A DNA stretch of 42,769 bases from Solirubrobacterales bacterium (lineage in GTDB: Bacteria; Actinomycetota; Thermoleophilia; Solirubrobacterales; 70-9): positions 1-42,769 of the forward strand of contig JBOGZL010000404.1 of assembly GCA_050697195.1 (NCBI GenBank), read 5' to 3'. Of the stretch, positions 40,642-42,769 are shown piece by piece. Under the pieces are notes generated by a model. It did no database searches and was not told the DNA's origin. It worked only from the letters and a program-made list of their open reading frames with translations. The position numbers were made by a program, and so were the translations under genes. How positions within the stretch are numbered: the stretch's first letter is position 1; every line of letters starts with the position of its first letter.

Positions 40642-41747
40642 CGCGACGCCCTCCGCGCCACCCGCCGCGCGCGGCGAAGCTCGCGCGGCTGCGCCGCGGC
40701 GGCCGCGGTGGCGCGCTCGGCGATCGTGCGCAGGGTGTGGTCGTTTCCGTCCTGGTGGTAGCTCCCGAGGGCGGACGTGAACTCGGGCAGCCGGTCGATG
40801 AACCCGCCCACCACGTCCCCGCTCACCGACTCCGCGCACAGCCCGTACCCGAGCCGCTCCACGTAGCGGGCGTTCATCGTCTGCTCGAACTGGCCCTGGA
40901 GGGGGAGGGAGAGGATCGGCTTGCCGAGGTAGACCGCCTCGCTGAGCAGCGAGAAGCCGCCTCCGGCGATCACTCCCCGGGACGTGCGCAGCGACTCGAC
41001 GAAGTCCTCGCTCGAGCGCGGTCGCAGCTCGATGCTTCCCTCCGTCTCGACGTGGTCCGGCCCTCCCCGCATCCCGTACACGCGGGCCGGCACGTCGACG
41101 GCGCGCAGGGCGTCGAGCAGGTGCGGGTCCCCGCTCGAGTACACGACGAGGTGCTCGCCGCGCTCGGGGCGAGCGTCGACGATCTCGGGGCGGACGATCG
41201 GCGGGACCAGCGTGGTGCCGCCGCGCGCGATCGGCGGCTCGAAGAACGTCGTGACGATGTACTCGACGGCGCCTGGGACCATCGACCGAACGACCGCCCG
41301 CGCGAGCAGGTAGTCCTGGCGTTGGGCGCCGATGATCTCCGCGTCGAGGCGGCAGCGGTCGAGGATGTTCATGTTGTCGACCGCGATCAGCGGGGTGTGG
41401 GTGTGGCGCGCGTAGACGCCGGTGAGCGGCTCGAAGTCGGTGATCGCGACATCCGGCTTCCACTCGTCCACCTCGGCGACCCACCGCTTCACCGTGTCGG
41501 GGAGCTCGTGCACGGCGTGCTGCACGTTCTGGCGCACCGTCGCCCAGCGCCGGATAACGCCCTCGTCCATCGCGAACGTCGGCCCGAAGATCTCGTCCAC
41601 CCGCGGGAGGCGGTCGCGGAGGTGGCGATACGCGGCGCCCGAGGCCATGACGCGAACGTCGTGGGAGCGCAGGAGCGAGCCGATCACGACCTCCGACCGG
41701 GTCGCGTGGCCCATGCCCTCCCCGTTGACGCCGTACAGGATCCGCAT
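40638..41747 (-). CDS. glycosyltransferase (MJ1255/TIGR00661-like, GT28-related)
   Basis: Internal ATG at 41747 gives MRILYGVNGEGMGHATRS. Also VIAGGGFSLLSEAVYLGKPILSLP. Its stop overlaps the deacetylase ATG (ATGA). Confidence 0.8.
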   Translation of the reverse strand: MRILYGVNGEGMGHATRSEVVIGSLLRSHDVRVMASGAAYRHLRDRLPRVDEIFGPTFAMDEGVIRRWATVRQNVQHAVHELPDTVKRWVAEVDEWKPDVAITDFEPLTGVYARHTHTPLIAVDNMNILDRCRLDAEIIGAQRQDYLLARAVVRSMVPGAVEYIVTTFFEPPIARGGTTLVPPIVRPEIVDARPERGEHLVVYSSGDPHLLDALRAVDVPARVYGMRGGPDHVETEGSIELRPRSSEDFVESLRTSRGVIAGGGFSLLSEAVYLGKPILSLPLQGQFEQTMNARYVERLGYGLCAESVSGDVVGGFIDRLPEFTSALGSYHQDGNDHTLRTIAERATAAAAAQPRELRRARRVARRASR

Positions 41748-41843
41748 CGTCTCCGTCGGTCGAAAGCCTATGGCCCGACGCTCGATCCGCGCTGCGCGGC
41801 CGGTGTCGCTTGGGCGTGGCGTAACATCGATGGGTTGAGCACC

Positions 41844-42769
41844 GTGCGATCGACAAGCGACGAAACCACCCCCCTGGGGCCGTTCAGCGACGAGGTGAGG
41901 CGCTGGTTCGAGTCCTCGTTCGAGGACCCGACGCCCGCGCAGGCCGGCGGCTGGCCCGCGATCGGATCCGGCGCCCACACGCTGATCTGCGCCCCGACCG
42001 GGTCCGGGAAGACGCTCGCCGCGTTCCTGTGGGGGATCGACCGCCTCGCCTCGGAGCCCGAGCGGCTCGGGCAGGGGGTGAGGCTCGTGTACGTGTCGCC
42101 GCTGAAGGCGCTCTCGTACGACATCGAGCGCAACCTGCGCGCCCCGCTCGCGGGAATCGGGGCGGAGATCAAGGTCGGGCTGCGGACCGGCGACACGCCC
42201 CAGCGAGAGCGCCAGGCGATGCGACGCAAGCCGCCCGACATCCTGATCACGACGCCCGAGTCGCTCTACCTGATGCTGAGCTCGCAGGCGCGCGAGATCC
42301 TCACCGAGGCCGAGGCGGTGATCGTGGACGAGATCCACGCGGTCGCGCAGTCGAAGCGCGGGTCCCATCTCGCCCTGACGCTCGAGCGGCTCGACGAGCT
42401 GGTGCGAAGGACCGACGATGGTTCCTCCGTCCAGCGGATCGGGCTGTCCGCCACCCAGCGGCCGCTGGAGAGGATCGCGAAGTTCCTCGTCGGCCCGCGG
42501 CGCGAGTGCGAGATCGTCGACGCGGGCCGCAGCAAGGAGCTCGACCTCGAGATCCGCGTCCCGGTCGAGGACATGACCGAGCCCGACGCCTCGATCGAGA
42601 AGCGCCGCGACGGCGGCGACTCGGGGATTCCCGACCCGAGCGAGGTGTCGCTCGACGGAGGCGGCGGCACGCGCTCGATCTGGCCCGCGATCTATCCCGA
42701 GCTGCTGAAGCTGGTCCGCGAACACACCTCGACGATCATCTTCGTCAACAGCCGCCGCGGCGCCGAGCG
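41844..42769 (+). CDS. lhr: ATP-dependent helicase Lhr (N-terminal part; 3' end outside the window)
   Basis: Not in the ORF track because no stop occurs before the window end. My translation gives FSDEVRRWFESSFEDPTPAQAGGWPAIGSGAHTLICAPTGSGKTLAAF... and VIVDEIHAVAQSKRGSHL. Start (GTG at 41844) is uncertain. Confidence 0.85.
   Translation, partial: MRSTSDETTPLGPFSDEVRRWFESSFEDPTPAQAGGWPAIGSGAHTLICAPTGSGKTLAAFLWGIDRLASEPERLGQGVRLVYVSPLKALSYDIERNLRAPLAGIGAEIKVGLRTGDTPQRERQAMRRKPPDILITTPESLYLMLSSQAREILTEAEAVIVDEIHAVAQSKRGSHLALTLERLDELVRRTDDGSSVQRIGLSATQRPLERIAKFLVGPRRECEIVDAGRSKELDLEIRVPVEDMTEPDASIEKRRDGGDSGIPDPSEVSLDGGGGTRSIWPAIYPELLKLVREHTSTIIFVNSRRGAE

Noticed and set aside
41754-41774. CGTCGGTC-N7-TATGGC upstream of lhr, resembling the PafBC-dependent (RecA-NDp) promoter motif TGTCGGTG-N8-TAnnnT. 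A weaker candidate lies upstream of yhaM-like: CGTCCGGC-N8-TAACTT, about 27958-27979.
   Set aside because: Only a partial match, with wrong spacing or a wrong final base at lhr and 4/8 of the upstream element at yhaM. The consensus is recalled from memory. A proper PWM scan is needed before claiming regulation.
1-42769. CRISPR arrays, rRNA genes, insertion sequences, prophage genes, and known multi-gene defence systems (RM, CBASS, Thoeris, DISARM, etc.).
   Set aside because: I saw no spaced direct-repeat array, no rRNA-like sequence, and no transposase, integrase, capsid or terminase motif. The only defence-flavoured parts (vapBC, DUF559/AbiEi-like, DUF1998 helicase, SLOG) do not assemble into a recognised complete system.

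Overview
Visibly very GC-rich, densely coding chromosomal DNA. I support about 45 CDS, one tRNA-Phe and one gene remnant. I recognise no rRNA, CRISPR array, transposase or integrase. The gene content suggests an Actinomycetota-like genome (inference only): fused PafBC, F420-type PPOX, DtxR/IdeR, VapBC, DUF559 paralogues, many GTG starts, 1-8 nt start/stop overlaps and leaderless-looking starts. Gene order, left to right: GH15 hydrolase (5' cut), nucleotide-sugar dehydrogenase, membrane protein, RibD-C reductase, rpiB, sulfotransferase, HAD hydrolase, sucCD. Then three secreted proteins (one is coiled-coil + collagen-like + FGE/C-type-lectin fold), vapBC, a DUF559 endonuclease-like gene, a 2-TM K+ channel-like gene, SnoaL, an aminotransferase/carotenoid-oxygenase pair, DtxR/IdeR, SDR, a VOC gene stump, HAD-IIB and a secreted protein. 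Then a DHPS-like / DEAH-DUF1998 helicase / SLOG (TIGR00725) operon, tRNA-Phe, GT1, arsR-SRPBCC, CocE/NonD hydrolase, SDR, yhaM-like exonuclease, pafBC, MBL hydrolase, penicillin-acylase family, PPOX and rmlADBC. Finally a second DUF559, a secreted protein, deacetylase + glycosyltransferase, and lhr (3' cut). I find no complete known defence system or mobile element. The most checkable oddities are: (1) a palindromic (CTAG)3CTAA all-frame stop tract fusing an SDR gene to the C-terminal stump of a VOC gene; (2) a DHPS-like protein with a degenerate catalytic loop, translationally coupled to an MrfA/SftH-type helicase and a stand-alone SLOG protein; (3) a yhaM-like exonuclease directly upstream of a fused PafBC, with MrfA-like and Lhr helicases also in the window; (4) a GT1 gene whose GTG start lies 2 nt after the tRNA-Phe 3' end; (5) a collectin-like secreted protein. 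Most long alternate-frame ORFs in the track are GC-content artefacts.
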